From positions 6,456 through 70,455 of the forward strand of contig MKWR01000022.1 in the NCBI GenBank assembly GCA_001899855.1: a stretch of DNA of 64,000 nt, given 5' to 3'. Every line of letters begins with the position of its first letter. Within the stretch, counting starts at the first letter, position 1. The translations under genes were made by a program, and so were the position numbers. This document shows positions 51,674 through 62,127 of the stretch, one piece after another. The notes beneath the pieces are model-generated. The model made no database searches. It was not told the DNA's origin and saw only the letters and a list, made by a program, of their open reading frames with translations. The DNA comes from Lysobacterales bacterium 63-13. GTDB taxonomy: Bacteria > Pseudomonadota > Gammaproteobacteria > Xanthomonadales > Rhodanobacteraceae.

Positions 51674-53137
51674 ATGCAAGACACCTCCCGCCCTGCGGCA
51701 CTAGATGCGGCCACCTGCGAACAGGCGCGGCTGACCCGCGATGCGCGCTTTGACGGCCTGTTCTTCACGGCCGTGAAAACCACTGGCATCTATTGCCGCC
51801 CGGTGTGTCCCGCGCCGACTCCAAAACCGGCCAACATCACCTATTACCCGAGTGCTGCCGCCGCCACCGCTGCCGGCTTCCGTCCCTGCCTGCGCTGCCG
51901 ACCCGAGGCCGCTCCCGGCTCGCCCTTGCACCATGCCAGCAGCGATCTCGTCGGTGCCGCGCTGCAGCTGATCGAGCAAGGCGCGCTTGACGGGCAATCG
52001 GTGAGCGCACTCGCTGCGCGCATAGGCGTTGGCGAGCGCCACCTGCGGCGCTTGTTCGACAACGAGCTTGGTGCCAGTCCACAGGATGTCGCGGCAACGC
52101 GCAGGTTGCTGTTTGCCAAACAGTTGCTCGGTGAAACCCGCCTGCCGATCACTGCCGTTGCCGCGGCCGCCGGCTACGCGAGCTTGCGTCGCTTCAATAC
52201 GGCATTTGTCGATGCCTACGCCAAGCCGCCGCGTGAATTCCGCCGTGGCCAAGGGCGCGTGCATGACGAGCGCGCCATCGAGCTGCGCCTGCCGTATCGA
52301 CCGCCTTACGATTTCAAGGGGATGCTGGAGTTTTACGCGCGCCGTTGCATTCCGCGGGTCGAGTCGATCGACGCGCATGGCTATCGGCGCAGCATCAGCA
52401 TCGACGGTGAACCCGGCTGGTTCGAAGTGTCGGCGATCAAGGGCGACAGCGCCTTGCGCCTGCGCGTGCACGAGGTGCGTCCGCTGCATCTCGGCACCCT
52501 GGTCAACCGCGTGCGGCGCATGTTCGATGTCAACGCCGATCCCGCTGCGATCATGCGCACGCTGGGCCGCGAGCCGCGCTTGCGCATGCTGGCCAAGCGT
52601 TGGCCCGGGCAACGCTTGCCCGGCACCTGGGACGGTTTCGAACTAGGCGTGCGTGCCGTGCTCGGCCAGCAGATTTCGGTGGCTGCGGCGCGCACGCTCG
52701 CCACTCGCATCGTCGACCGCTATGGCACGGCGCATCCGGCCAGTGCCGACTGCGGACTCGGCGCATTGTTTCCGCAGCCCGCCGATCTTGCCGATGCGGC
52801 ACTGGAGTCCATCGGCCTGACCCGCGCCCGCGCAGCAACGATCCGCGGCCTGGCGCAAGCCTGCGTCGAGGGGCGCGTTGATTTCCGCGCCGTGCAGACA
52901 CTGGATGAAACCGTGACGCGCCTGTGTGCGCTGCCGGGCATTGGCATGTGGACGGCGCAGTACATGGCCATGCGCGCCCACGCGCATCCGGATGCGTTTC
53001 CGGCCGGCGATCTGGTCCTGCGCAAGATTGCCGGTGACGGCACGCCAATCAGCGAGCGCGCCATGCAAGCGATCGCCGAAGCCTGGCACCCCTGGCGCGC
53101 GTACGCGGTGATGCTGCTCTGGCGCAGCGCCGGTTGA
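51674..53137 (+). CDS. alkA: Ada-AlkA fusion (Ada Zn finger, AraC HTH, AlkA glycosylase)
   Basis: RDARFDGLFFTAVKTTGIYCRPVCP, GFRPCLRCRP, VLGQQISV, LPGIGMWTAQY, DAFPAGD. Confidence 0.93.
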   Translation: MQDTSRPAALDAATCEQARLTRDARFDGLFFTAVKTTGIYCRPVCPAPTPKPANITYYPSAAAATAAGFRPCLRCRPEAAPGSPLHHASSDLVGAALQLIEQGALDGQSVSALAARIGVGERHLRRLFDNELGASPQDVAATRRLLFAKQLLGETRLPITAVAAAAGYASLRRFNTAFVDAYAKPPREFRRGQGRVHDERAIELRLPYRPPYDFKGMLEFYARRCIPRVESIDAHGYRRSISIDGEPGWFEVSAIKGDSALRLRVHEVRPLHLGTLVNRVRRMFDVNADPAAIMRTLGREPRLRMLAKRWPGQRLPGTWDGFELGVRAVLGQQISVAAARTLATRIVDRYGTAHPASADCGLGALFPQPADLADAALESIGLTRARAATIRGLAQACVEGRVDFRAVQTLDETVTRLCALPGIGMWTAQYMAMRAHAHPDAFPAGDLVLRKIAGDGTPISERAMQAIAEAWHPWRAYAVMLLWRSAG

Positions 53138-53185
53138 CGGGAATCCGGGGTCGGGAATAGGAAAAACAAGCAAACCGGGAAATAG

Positions 53186-53686
53186 ATGATGCTCTACGAC
53201 ACAATCAAGTCGCCCATTGGAATGATCGTGCTGGCCGGAGACGGCAAGGCGCTTCAACTTGTCGGGCTGCCGGAATCACGTCATCCCGTGCCAATCACAT
53301 CCGCATGGACACGCCGTGCCGACTTGTTCGTCGAGGCCAGGCGGCAGTTCGACGCGTACTTCGCCGGCGAGCTGACCGATTTCGACTTGCCGCTGGCGCC
53401 ACACGGAAGCGAATTCCAGCAGCGCGTGTGGCAGGCGCTGCGCACGATCCCGTATGCGGCGACGATCAGTTACGGCGAACTCGCGCGGCGCATCGGCAAT
53501 CCGCGGGCGAGTCGCGCGGTCGGCCTTGCCAACGGAGCCAATCCGCTGTCGATCATCGTGCCCTGCCATCGCGTGATTGGCGCGAACGGGTCACTTACCG
53601 GTTATGGCGGCGGCCTTGCGGCAAAGCGGCACCTGCTCGATCTGGAACGACATCACGCGTCGCGTGAGCACTTCACGTTGTCGTAA
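53186..53686 (+). CDS. ogt: Methylated-DNA-protein-cysteine methyltransferase
   Basis: FQQRVWQAL..IPY, RAVGLANGANPLSIIVPCHRVIG. Confidence 0.95.
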   Translation: MMLYDTIKSPIGMIVLAGDGKALQLVGLPESRHPVPITSAWTRRADLFVEARRQFDAYFAGELTDFDLPLAPHGSEFQQRVWQALRTIPYAATISYGELARRIGNPRASRAVGLANGANPLSIIVPCHRVIGANGSLTGYGGGLAAKRHLLDLERHHASREHFTLS

Positions 53687-53698
53687 GTCGGCGCAGGC

Positions 53699-54364
53699 TC
53701 ATCGCGGACACTGGCTGGCGCGCTGGCGCAGGGCCTCAAGTTCGTTGCGGCGGTGCGCCTGGCTGTCGCTGAACGCCAGGCGCAGGGCGCGCTCGGCCTC
53801 GTCGATGCGCATGCCGAGGAATTCACACAATTGCGACTTGTTGATTTGCACGCAGGGATCCTCGACCCAGGTCAGCAGCGCGCCGATCCGGCCGTGGCGG
53901 GAATGATCCGCAGGCGGCTCGCGCAATCCCGGAGCCGAGACGCCGATGCCGTCGCGACCGCCGTAGGCTTCCGCCAGCGAATCGCGCGGAATGCCGAGCA
54001 CACCCAGCGGCACCGCGCGCTGTTCGCCATGCCCGTTGTCGCTCAGGTAGCGGCTGCCGTCCTCGCGCGTGCACAGCGTCGCCGTTACGGCGGGTTCGGG
54101 CTCGGGCACACGTTGGGGCGCGACATCGACAGTTGCTGGCGCAGGTGGCACTTTGCTTTCGTCGCTGGGTACGGCGACTGACGCAGGCGCTGGCGCATCC
54201 GGCAATTCGATGCGACGGCTGTTCTCATCGCTGCGGCAGGCCTGATCCTGGAAGCGGATGACGCCATCCGCGCCGACGCAGCGATAGATCGACGCCGCGT
54301 CCGCCAGCGCGACGAGGTGCGCGGAAAACAGCAAGACAACCAGGGCAGCACGTGGATTGCACAT
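53699..54364 (-). CDS. DUF4124-like secreted protein
   Basis: Signal peptide then IYRCVGADGVIRFQDQAC. Confidence 0.7.
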   Translation of the reverse strand: MCNPRAALVVLLFSAHLVALADAASIYRCVGADGVIRFQDQACRSDENSRRIELPDAPAPASVAVPSDESKVPPAPATVDVAPQRVPEPEPAVTATLCTREDGSRYLSDNGHGEQRAVPLGVLGIPRDSLAEAYGGRDGIGVSAPGLREPPADHSRHGRIGALLTWVEDPCVQINKSQLCEFLGMRIDEAERALRLAFSDSQAHRRNELEALRQRASQCPR

Positions 54365-54450
54365 GGCACAAGCATAGGCCGTTGCCTTGCGCGGACGAAA
54401 CAAGGGCGACCGAAGTCGCCCTTGCCGGGATCTGCCAGTGGACAGCGGAC

Positions 54451-54984
54451 TCAGCGCTGGGTGTCCTTGGCAATGGCCTGCGCATCATCCAGTGCGCGCC
54501 GGGCGTTGGCCTTGGCAATCTCGTGGCTGGCATTCGCCTGATCCTTGCAGGCACCGGACTGGCCCGCAGGCAAGGCCTCGCATTTCTCCAGGGCCACCTT
54601 CAGATCGGCATCGGCCTTGGCGATGGCGACGTCATAGTCGGCATCGGCCTGCGACTTGATGGTGTCGGCGCGGACTTCGGCGACATCGCCCTGCGCCTCA
54701 CTGGCCACATCCATGGCTTCGCTGGTGGCGGAGTTGATCTTCGCATTGGCCTTGGCGTCGGCCTCGGCGACATCGGCGCGTGCGGCTTCACGTGCCGCAT
54801 CGAGTTTCTGTTGCGCCTCGGCGGATTGCTTTGCTGCATCCTGCTGTGCCTGGGCGAGCTCCTCGGCGGCCTGCTGGCGCGCCTCGTCAACCTTCTGTTG
54901 TGCCTCGACCGCGGAATCCTGCTGGTTGCATGCGCTCAGGCCAAGGATTGCTGCAAGGGTGGATACGACCAATACGGATTTCAT
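54451..54984 (-). CDS. Alanine-rich helical lipoprotein, hypothetical
   Basis: Lipobox LSAC; ADADYDVAIAK..ALEKCEAL...ACKDQA; ATG 54984. Confidence 0.75.
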   Translation of the reverse strand: MKSVLVVSTLAAILGLSACNQQDSAVEAQQKVDEARQQAAEELAQAQQDAAKQSAEAQQKLDAAREAARADVAEADAKANAKINSATSEAMDVASEAQGDVAEVRADTIKSQADADYDVAIAKADADLKVALEKCEALPAGQSGACKDQANASHEIAKANARRALDDAQAIAKDTQR

Positions 54985-55137
54985 CGTGTTGTTCTCCAAT
55001 TCGTGAGCGGCTCGCCCGGGGCATGGGCAACGACCCGGGCGCCACGCTGTGTATTGGAACTTTGGCATCGTGAACGGACTCTGTGCGCGGCAAATCCGGT
55101 TCAGCGCGCGGACACCTTCAACGATCGATCGCGGTGC

Positions 55138-55773
55138 TCAACGCGCGCGCTCGACGGCTGCAGGAAGCGCCTCGATACGCGCATATTCGCCGCGTTCGAA
55201 ATAATCGGGATCAACCAGCATCTTCTCGAACATGGGCGTGGCGTCGTTGCCCCAGAGAAGGCGATTGCCGACACGCAGGGTCGGTACGCCAAACACCCCG
55301 GCAGCGATGGCCTCCTCGGTGTTGGCGCGCAACTCCTGTTTTGTCGACGCCGAGGAAATCGCGCTGTCGAGATCGACAATGCCCAGCTCGCTGGCGACCC
55401 CGGCCAGGTCGGCGGCATCCTCGGCGGCCAGGCCCTGCATCCAGATGTGGCGGAAGATCGCCGTGATCGCGTCCCAGCTCGAACCGCAGGCGGTGGCAAG
55501 GCGCAAGGCCGCCAGTGGATTGAACGGATGTGCCGGCGGGAAACGCAAGGCGAGGCCGCTGGATTCGGCCGTCCACTGCACCATGCGATAGGTGAACTCG
55601 CGTTTGCCAGGAATCTCGGCCGGACCGAGCTGGCCGTGATGGCGCAGCACGGCGGCGAGGACGATCGGCCGCGGCGTGATCGGATAGCGTTGCGCCAGCT
55701 CGCGGATGCGCGGCAATTGCAGGTAGGCGAACGGCGAGATGAAGTCGAAATACCAGAATGTGCGTGTGTCCAT
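55138..55773 (-). CDS. DsbA-like 2-hydroxychromene-2-carboxylate isomerase / GST-kappa family
   Basis: FYFDFISPFAY-like motif (WYFDFISPFAY), HPFNPL, GVFGVPT, WGND. Confidence 0.88.
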   Translation of the reverse strand: MDTRTFWYFDFISPFAYLQLPRIRELAQRYPITPRPIVLAAVLRHHGQLGPAEIPGKREFTYRMVQWTAESSGLALRFPPAHPFNPLAALRLATACGSSWDAITAIFRHIWMQGLAAEDAADLAGVASELGIVDLDSAISSASTKQELRANTEEAIAAGVFGVPTLRVGNRLLWGNDATPMFEKMLVDPDYFERGEYARIEALPAAVERAR

Positions 55774-58187
55774 CAGTGCAGGGCCTTGTAGATTTCCGGG
55801 TCGAAAGCATCCACCTGGATCACCTCGTCGCGCGCGTCGCGGGCGACATTGAGGCGGTCGTATTCCTCCTGCGTGATCACGCCTGCGGCCAGGCCGAAAT
55901 CATCGAGCATGTGCCCCGGCGCGCGATCCAGTTCACCGGCACGCACCGCGTCGCGCAGCCTGGTTTCAATCGGCAGTGCCGCCACGGCCTTATCCAGTGC
56001 GGCTTCCAGCGCACCCAGGCCGGGCTGCTCGGGCGGTGGCACGAAGACATCGGCAGTCAGTGTCTTGCGCGCTTCGCGGTCTTCCAGGATGTCGCGGGCA
56101 ACGCGCCCGCCAATGCGGTCATTCGGCGGCCGGAAGCGTGCGCCCAGCGGAAAGATCAGCCCGCCAAGCACGCTGGCGGCGATGCGGTTTGGCAGATTCT
56201 CGAGGACGCCAAGCATGGCCTCCTGTACCCGATGCAGGCACAGCTCGCACGACCAGCGCACCAATGCGTAGTTGGCCGTGGTCTTGGCCTCGTCGTGGTA
56301 GCGCTTGAGTGCCGCCGAGGCCAGGTACAGATAGGCGAGCGCGTCCGCCAGGCGTCCGGAAATCTTTTCGCGGCGCTTCAGCGAGCCACCCAGCGTGCCC
56401 ATCGCCGTGTCGGAAAGGATGGTGAACGCCGCTGACAGGCGCGACAGGTGCTGGTAGTAGCGCGCGGTATCCTCGGTGCGCGGCACGCCAGCCAGGCGCG
56501 ATCCGCTCAGGGCCAGCAACAGCGCGCGCAGTGAGCGCGTCAGCAACAGATTGACGTGGCCGAAGATGGCCAGGTCAAAGCCCTTGAGATCCCGTTGCGC
56601 AACCGCGGCGATTTCCTTGTGCACGAACGGATGGCAGCGGATCGCGCCCTGGCCGTAAATGATCATCGAACGGGTGAGGATGTTGGCACCCTCGACCGTG
56701 ATGCCGATCGGCACCGCGTTCCAGGCCCGCGACAATGTATTGCGCGGACCGCGCTGGATCGCGCTGCCGGCGCGGATATCCATGGCGTCGCTGACCACCT
56801 GGCGCATCGCCTCGGTCAGGTAGGCCTTGGCGATCGAGCCGATCACCGCCGGCTTCTCGCCGGCATCCAGCGCGCCGCAGGTCAGGTTGCGCGTGGCCGT
56901 CATCAGGTAGGTCATGCCGGCAATGCGCGCGAGCGGTTCCTCGATGCCCTCGAAGCGCCCGATCGGCGTATCGAATTGTTCGCGCACGGTGGCATAGGCA
57001 CCGCAGATGCGCGTGGCCATCTGCGCCGCGCCGATGCTCAGCGCCGGCAGCGAGATCGAGCGACCGGCGGCCAGCGATTCCATCAGCATGCGCCAACCAT
57101 TGCCGACGCCCCCCATTTCGCCGATCACCGCGTCGAACGGGATCCAGACATCACGCCCGACCGTGGGCCCATTGTGGAACGGCACACCCATCGGATCATG
57201 GCGCAGGCCAATCTCGACGCCGGGCGTGTCGCGCGGAATCAGCGCGCAGGTGATACCGCGATCCTCGACATCGCCAATCAGGTGATCGGGATCCTTGAGG
57301 CGAAAGGCGAGGCCGATCAGGGTCGCCACCGGGGCCAGGGTGATGTAGCGCTTCATCCAGTTGCAGCGCAGGCCAAGCACTTCCTTGCCGTCGATCACGC
57401 GTTTCTCGACGATGCCTTCCGATTGCGTCGCCGCGGCATCGGATCCAGCCTCCGGCCCGGTCAGGGCGAAACAGGGAATCTCGGTGCCTTCGGCCAAGGC
57501 GCGCAGGTAGCGCTGCTTTTGCGCCTCGCTGCCGTAGTGCAGCAGCAACTCGCCCGGCCCCAGCGAGTTCGGCACCATCACGGTGACGGCAGCGGTCACC
57601 GAGCGGCTCGATATGCGCGTGACGATGCGCGATTGCGCCAGCGCGGAAAACCCGTGGCCGCCGTATTCCTTGGGAATGATCATGCCGAACAGGCGGAAGT
57701 CCCTGATCTGCTGCCAGGTTTCCGGCGACAGATCGCGGCGCTGGTAGACATCCCAATCGTCGATGCTGCGGCAGAAATCATTGACCGGCCCATCGAGGAA
57801 GGCCTGCTCCTCATCGCTCAACGGACGCGCCTGGAAATCAAGCAGCTTCTGCCACTCGGGCATGCCCGAGAAAAGATCACCATCCCACCACACCGTGCCA
57901 GCTTCAAGGGCGATGCGCTCGGTATCGCCGAGGCGCGGCAAGACCTTGGCGAACACCGGCATGACAAAACGCGAGACCAGGTTGCGCCGGACCGGTGCCA
58001 GGCCGAACACGGTGGCAACGACCATCGCCGCGCTGCTGACGATCATGAATGCGCCGGGCGAGGCGACGCCATCGATGCGCCAGCCAATGAGGACGACGGC
58101 CACGGCACCGACCCAGGCGAGAAAACCAAGACCGCGGAAGGCGAGGATCAGGAACACGACCACGGCTGCTGCGCAGGCAATCCACAT
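55773..58187 (-). CDS. fadE: Acyl-CoA dehydrogenase, FadE type
   Basis: EQAFLDGPV, VMVPNSLGPGELL, CFALTGPEAGSDA, ITVEGANILTR; 804 aa with N-terminal TMs. Confidence 0.93.
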   Translation of the reverse strand: MWIACAAAVVVFLILAFRGLGFLAWVGAVAVVLIGWRIDGVASPGAFMIVSSAAMVVATVFGLAPVRRNLVSRFVMPVFAKVLPRLGDTERIALEAGTVWWDGDLFSGMPEWQKLLDFQARPLSDEEQAFLDGPVNDFCRSIDDWDVYQRRDLSPETWQQIRDFRLFGMIIPKEYGGHGFSALAQSRIVTRISSRSVTAAVTVMVPNSLGPGELLLHYGSEAQKQRYLRALAEGTEIPCFALTGPEAGSDAAATQSEGIVEKRVIDGKEVLGLRCNWMKRYITLAPVATLIGLAFRLKDPDHLIGDVEDRGITCALIPRDTPGVEIGLRHDPMGVPFHNGPTVGRDVWIPFDAVIGEMGGVGNGWRMLMESLAAGRSISLPALSIGAAQMATRICGAYATVREQFDTPIGRFEGIEEPLARIAGMTYLMTATRNLTCGALDAGEKPAVIGSIAKAYLTEAMRQVVSDAMDIRAGSAIQRGPRNTLSRAWNAVPIGITVEGANILTRSMIIYGQGAIRCHPFVHKEIAAVAQRDLKGFDLAIFGHVNLLLTRSLRALLLALSGSRLAGVPRTEDTARYYQHLSRLSAAFTILSDTAMGTLGGSLKRREKISGRLADALAYLYLASAALKRYHDEAKTTANYALVRWSCELCLHRVQEAMLGVLENLPNRIAASVLGGLIFPLGARFRPPNDRIGGRVARDILEDREARKTLTADVFVPPPEQPGLGALEAALDKAVAALPIETRLRDAVRAGELDRAPGHMLDDFGLAAGVITQEEYDRLNVARDARDEVIQVDAFDPEIYKALH

Positions 58188-58259
58188 GGGGCGAACTCCA
58201 GGCGATGATCGGTGGATTATGCGCCTGCGCGGATCAACCGCTCCGCGCGAATGACACGA

Positions 58260-59795
58260 TCAACGATCCGTCGGGCCGCGCAGGAACAGACGATAGGCCG
58301 GATTCGCACTTTCATCGCAATGTGGATAACCGAGTCCATCGAGGAATTTCCGGAACTTGGCCATGTCCGCGGCAGGCACCTGGATGCCGACCAGGATGCG
58401 GCCGAAATCGGCGCCTTCGTTGCGATAGTGGAACAGCGAGATATTCCATTCCGGGCTCATGGCCGAGAGAAAGCGCAGCAAGGCCCCGGGCCGCTCGGGA
58501 AACTCGAAACGGTAGAGCAGCTCGCTTTCGGCGCTGGCCGAGCGTCCGCCGATCATGTGCCGCAGGTGCTGCTTGGCCAGTTCGTCGTTGCTGAGATCAA
58601 GCGTGGCAAAGCCTTCCTTGCGCAGCGTGCGCGTGACGCGCGCGCGATCGGCATGGTCCTTGACCTGCAAGCCGACGAACAGGTGCGCCTGCTCGATATC
58701 GGCAATGCGGTAGTTGAACTCGGTGATGTCGTGGCCTTCCAGCGCATCGCAGAAACGCCGGAACGATCCGCGCTGCTCGGGGATCGTCACCGCCAGCACG
58801 GCCTCGCGCGATTCGCCGACCTCGGCACGCTCGGCAACGAAGCGCAGGCGGTTGAAATTCATGTTGGCGCCGCAAGCCACCGCGACAAATGTCTTCTGCC
58901 GCGCCGCGTTCTTCGCCACCCACGCCTTCATGCCGGCGATGGCCAGCGCGCCGGCCGGTTCGAGGATGCTGCGCGAATCCTGGAAGACATCCTTGATCGC
59001 CGCACAGACCGCATCGGTATCCACGCAGATGATTTCATCGACCAGCTCGCGGCACAGGCGAAAGGTTTCCTTGCCGACCTGCTTGACCGCGGTGCCGTCG
59101 CAGAACAAGCCGACATCCTTGAGCACGACGCGCCGACCCGCGGCCAGCGATTGCGCCATGGCATCGGAATCGCTGGCCTGCACGCCGATGATGCGGATCT
59201 GCGGGCGCACCGCCTTCACATAGGCGGCAATTCCGGAAATCAGGCCGCCGCCGCCAATGGCGACGAAGATGGCATCGATCGGCCCGGCGTGCTGGCGCAG
59301 GATTTCCATGCCGATGGTGCCCTGCCCGGCAATCACGTCCGGATCATCGAAGGGATGCACGAAGACCAGCTTGCGCTGCGCGGCAAGCACGTCGGCCAGA
59401 GCCTTGGCATCGGAATAGGATTCGCCGCCGAGGATGATCTCCACGCGATCGCCGCCAAACGTGCGCACTGCATCGATCTTCACCTGCGGTGTCGTCACCG
59501 GCATGACGATGACCGCCTTGCAGCGCAGCCGCGCCGCCGCCAGGGCGACACCCTGCGCATGGTTGCCTGCCGAGGCCGCGATCACGCCGCGCTTGAGCTC
59601 GCGCGCATCGAGTCCGGCCATCTTGTTGTAGGCACCGCGCAACTTGAAGGAGAACACCGGCTGGGTGTCCTCGCGCTTGAGCAGGACCGTGCAGCCCGTG
59701 CGCGCCGACAAGGCCGGGGCGAACTCCAGCTCGGTTTCATGCGCGACATCGTAGACGCGGCTGGTCAGGATACGCTTGAGGTAATCGAGGGACAT
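58260..59795 (-). CDS. ilvA: Threonine ammonia-lyase, biosynthetic
   Basis: KREDTQPVFSFKLRGAYN, SAGNHAQGV, GGGGLISG, C-terminal ACT repeats; ATG 59795. Confidence 0.97.
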   Translation of the reverse strand: MSLDYLKRILTSRVYDVAHETELEFAPALSARTGCTVLLKREDTQPVFSFKLRGAYNKMAGLDARELKRGVIAASAGNHAQGVALAAARLRCKAVIVMPVTTPQVKIDAVRTFGGDRVEIILGGESYSDAKALADVLAAQRKLVFVHPFDDPDVIAGQGTIGMEILRQHAGPIDAIFVAIGGGGLISGIAAYVKAVRPQIRIIGVQASDSDAMAQSLAAGRRVVLKDVGLFCDGTAVKQVGKETFRLCRELVDEIICVDTDAVCAAIKDVFQDSRSILEPAGALAIAGMKAWVAKNAARQKTFVAVACGANMNFNRLRFVAERAEVGESREAVLAVTIPEQRGSFRRFCDALEGHDITEFNYRIADIEQAHLFVGLQVKDHADRARVTRTLRKEGFATLDLSNDELAKQHLRHMIGGRSASAESELLYRFEFPERPGALLRFLSAMSPEWNISLFHYRNEGADFGRILVGIQVPAADMAKFRKFLDGLGYPHCDESANPAYRLFLRGPTDR

Positions 59796-59888
59796 CGGGC
59801 CACCCGCAGGCAAGGCTGCAGAATAACCCGAACGTTCCTGACCCGGCGAAGCCTCGCGAGATTGGCAGACGCCAACCCGCGGGCATGC

Positions 59889-60227
59889 CTATTCCGGGAG
59901 CTTGAGATCCTTCATCGCCCAGATGAATTCCAGCGAAAGTACGCTTGCCGTGCCGTTCTCGACGCGGATCCTGCAGTTGAGGTTCTGCGTGAATTCCGTG
60001 GACAGGCCACGATCAAAGACCACTTGGGTGCTCAGGTCCCAGATGTCGCTGGCAGCATTTTCCTGCTTGGCACTGGCGGCGAGATTGCGCGCATCCAGAT
60101 CGAAGGTCTTGCCGGCCAGGCGCTGGTTGACCTCGCTGATGCAGGCGTCGGCAGCGAGCTTGCCCGGCCCTGAGCCTGCACAGGCGACCAGCAGCAGAAG
60201 CAGAAAAGTCAGAAGTATCGGACGCAT
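59889..60227 (-). CDS. Lipoprotein, hypothetical
   Basis: Lipobox LVAC after hydrophobic core; 112 aa. Confidence 0.65.
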   Translation of the reverse strand: MRPILLTFLLLLLVACAGSGPGKLAADACISEVNQRLAGKTFDLDARNLAASAKQENAASDIWDLSTQVVFDRGLSTEFTQNLNCRIRVENGTASVLSLEFIWAMKDLKLPE

Positions 60228-60355
60228 CGATGGTCTCCCCCGTTCACGGCTATCGTGCTCGTGCAACGTGATGCCGCTCACGGCATCACGGCTGCTGGGA
60301 GTATAGGCATTGCGCCGGAGAAACCCATGTTGCAGCGCAATGGAAATCGCGCGAC

Positions 60356-61279
60356 TCAGTAGTGCGGTACGCTCGAGTCGATCTCGCTGGACCAGGCCTC
60401 GATGCCGCCGACGATGTTGTGCACGACGCGGAAACCCTGCTCGCGGAAATGCTCGGCGGCGCGCGCACTCGAGTTGCCGTGATGGCAGAGGAAGGCCAGC
60501 GGCGTTTCCTTCGGCAGCTTGACCAGGCGCTCATGCGAGGAGGCATCGAGGACTTCGGCACCGGCAAATGGCGCGATCTTGCGCTCGTCGGCCGGACGCA
60601 CGTCGATGACCGTGATCCTGCCCTCATCGAGCAGGCGCTTGAGTGCATGCACATCCAGTCCATGCACCTTCGGCGGCGCCGCCGGCAGGTCGATCGACAG
60701 GCCTTCGCCCTGCGCGGTTTCGGTCCAGCCGATGTGCGCACCCTTGGCGCGCTTGGCGCTGGCTGGATCAAACAGCACATCGATGCCATTGGCGACGGCG
60801 CGGATCTCGTTGCCCTGGATTTCGCGCAGCTGGAATTGCGGCTGGAAACGCGCATCGATGGCGAGGAACAGGCCCATGCCTTCGGCGTCGCCCAGGGCGT
60901 TGCGGATCTGCACGGCCGCCGCATCGCTGATGGTGATTTCCGGTGGCGTGCGATCCGGTTGTGGCAGGCCGAGCAGGGTATGCAGCTCGCCGCTGGCGGC
61001 CATGCCCTGGACGATGTCGGCGCCGCCAACCAGCTCGCCATCGACATACAACTGCGGGATCGTCGGCCAGTTGCCGAAATCCTTGATGCCCTGGCGGATT
61101 TCCTCGTCGGCCAGCACATCGACCGTCACGTAGTCATCGAGAAGATCATTCAAGGCCCCCGCCGTGGCCGCCGAGAATCCACAACTCGGCGCATTGCGCG
61201 TGCCCTTCATGAAGAGGACGACACGGTGCTGGGCAAGCATCGACTCGATGCGCTGACGGACGGGTGCGGCGAGAGACAT
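60356..61279 (-). CDS. grxD: Monothiol glutaredoxin (Grx4, CGFS) fused to HesB-like and rhodanese domains
   Basis: VLFMKG..PSCGFS, WPTIPQLYVDGELVGG; middle ITISDAA..; C-terminal IDVR..FLCHHGNSS..GGIEAW. Confidence 0.88.
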   Translation of the reverse strand: MSLAAPVRQRIESMLAQHRVVLFMKGTRNAPSCGFSAATAGALNDLLDDYVTVDVLADEEIRQGIKDFGNWPTIPQLYVDGELVGGADIVQGMAASGELHTLLGLPQPDRTPPEITISDAAAVQIRNALGDAEGMGLFLAIDARFQPQFQLREIQGNEIRAVANGIDVLFDPASAKRAKGAHIGWTETAQGEGLSIDLPAAPPKVHGLDVHALKRLLDEGRITVIDVRPADERKIAPFAGAEVLDASSHERLVKLPKETPLAFLCHHGNSSARAAEHFREQGFRVVHNIVGGIEAWSSEIDSSVPHY

Positions 61280-61410
61280 GGTGGTTCCTTGGATTCAGAC
61301 GGGAAAGATCGTGATGATATGGGTTGTCACCGGCTTCGATGCAAGGGCTGCCGCCAGCGGCAGATCGAAAGCGTCAGAGTCATTTTGATCTTCGTTCCAG
61401 GTACGGGGGC

Positions 61411-62127
61411 TCATGTCGCAACCAGGTCGGCCAACAGGCGCAATGTCTCCAGAAGTTCCGGCAGACGTTCCTGGCTGGCGGCGTCTCCCGGCAAGTGCCC
61501 TGTCAGGGCATCGACGAACCCAGGTGTCGCCAGCAATGCGCTGAAGCGTTCAGCGAGGTAGGTTCGCAATTCCGGTGGGCCAGCGCGGCATTCGTCGACC
61601 AGGGATGCACGTCCGTCCACCACAGCCAGCAGGTCTTCCAGGTCGTGGCTGGCGAGATAGTCGCTGTTGCCGCGATTCGTGAATGCCTCCAGTTTGGTTG
61701 CCACGAATACCGGCGCAGTGATCAGCAGGATTTCGCGCCCGCTGGGTAGGCGCATCGCCTTCGCTGTTTCCAAAGCCAGCGGATACCAGCGGTTGGAGAA
61801 GCCCAGCACGCTTTCCAACGTGGGCATGACATCCAACGCGATGTCCGACTCCTTGACCCACCAGCGACACACGGGCGCGCCCTTCTCCGGTTTTTGCACG
61901 AATCCAAGTTCGCGCAGTCGCTGCTCGATTCGATAGTAGTCACTCAGCGCGAACGCACGACAAAGCGTGTCTACATCGTCCGTTGGCCGGATCGACGGCA
62001 GAGCTGCGTCCGTGATCAGCAGACCTGCCACCGTGCCGCCGATGAATACGAGTTCCTTGCGCAGCGTATCTCCCAAGTGTTCAGCCACGATCTCCAACTG
62101 CGTGATATTGGGATCGTTGGCGTTCAT
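61411..62127 (-). CDS. AbiEii-like / Pol-beta superfamily nucleotidyltransferase
   Basis: VFIGG...RPTDDVD NTase motif; KLEAF..RG..D....HDLED. Confidence 0.65.
   Translation of the reverse strand: MNANDPNITQLEIVAEHLGDTLRKELVFIGGTVAGLLITDAALPSIRPTDDVDTLCRAFALSDYYRIEQRLRELGFVQKPEKGAPVCRWWVKESDIALDVMPTLESVLGFSNRWYPLALETAKAMRLPSGREILLITAPVFVATKLEAFTNRGNSDYLASHDLEDLLAVVDGRASLVDECRAGPPELRTYLAERFSALLATPGFVDALTGHLPGDAASQERLPELLETLRLLADLVAT

Noticed and set aside
56556-60173. Long plus-strand ORFs opposite fadE and ilvA
   Set aside because: Shadow frames of conserved enzymes.
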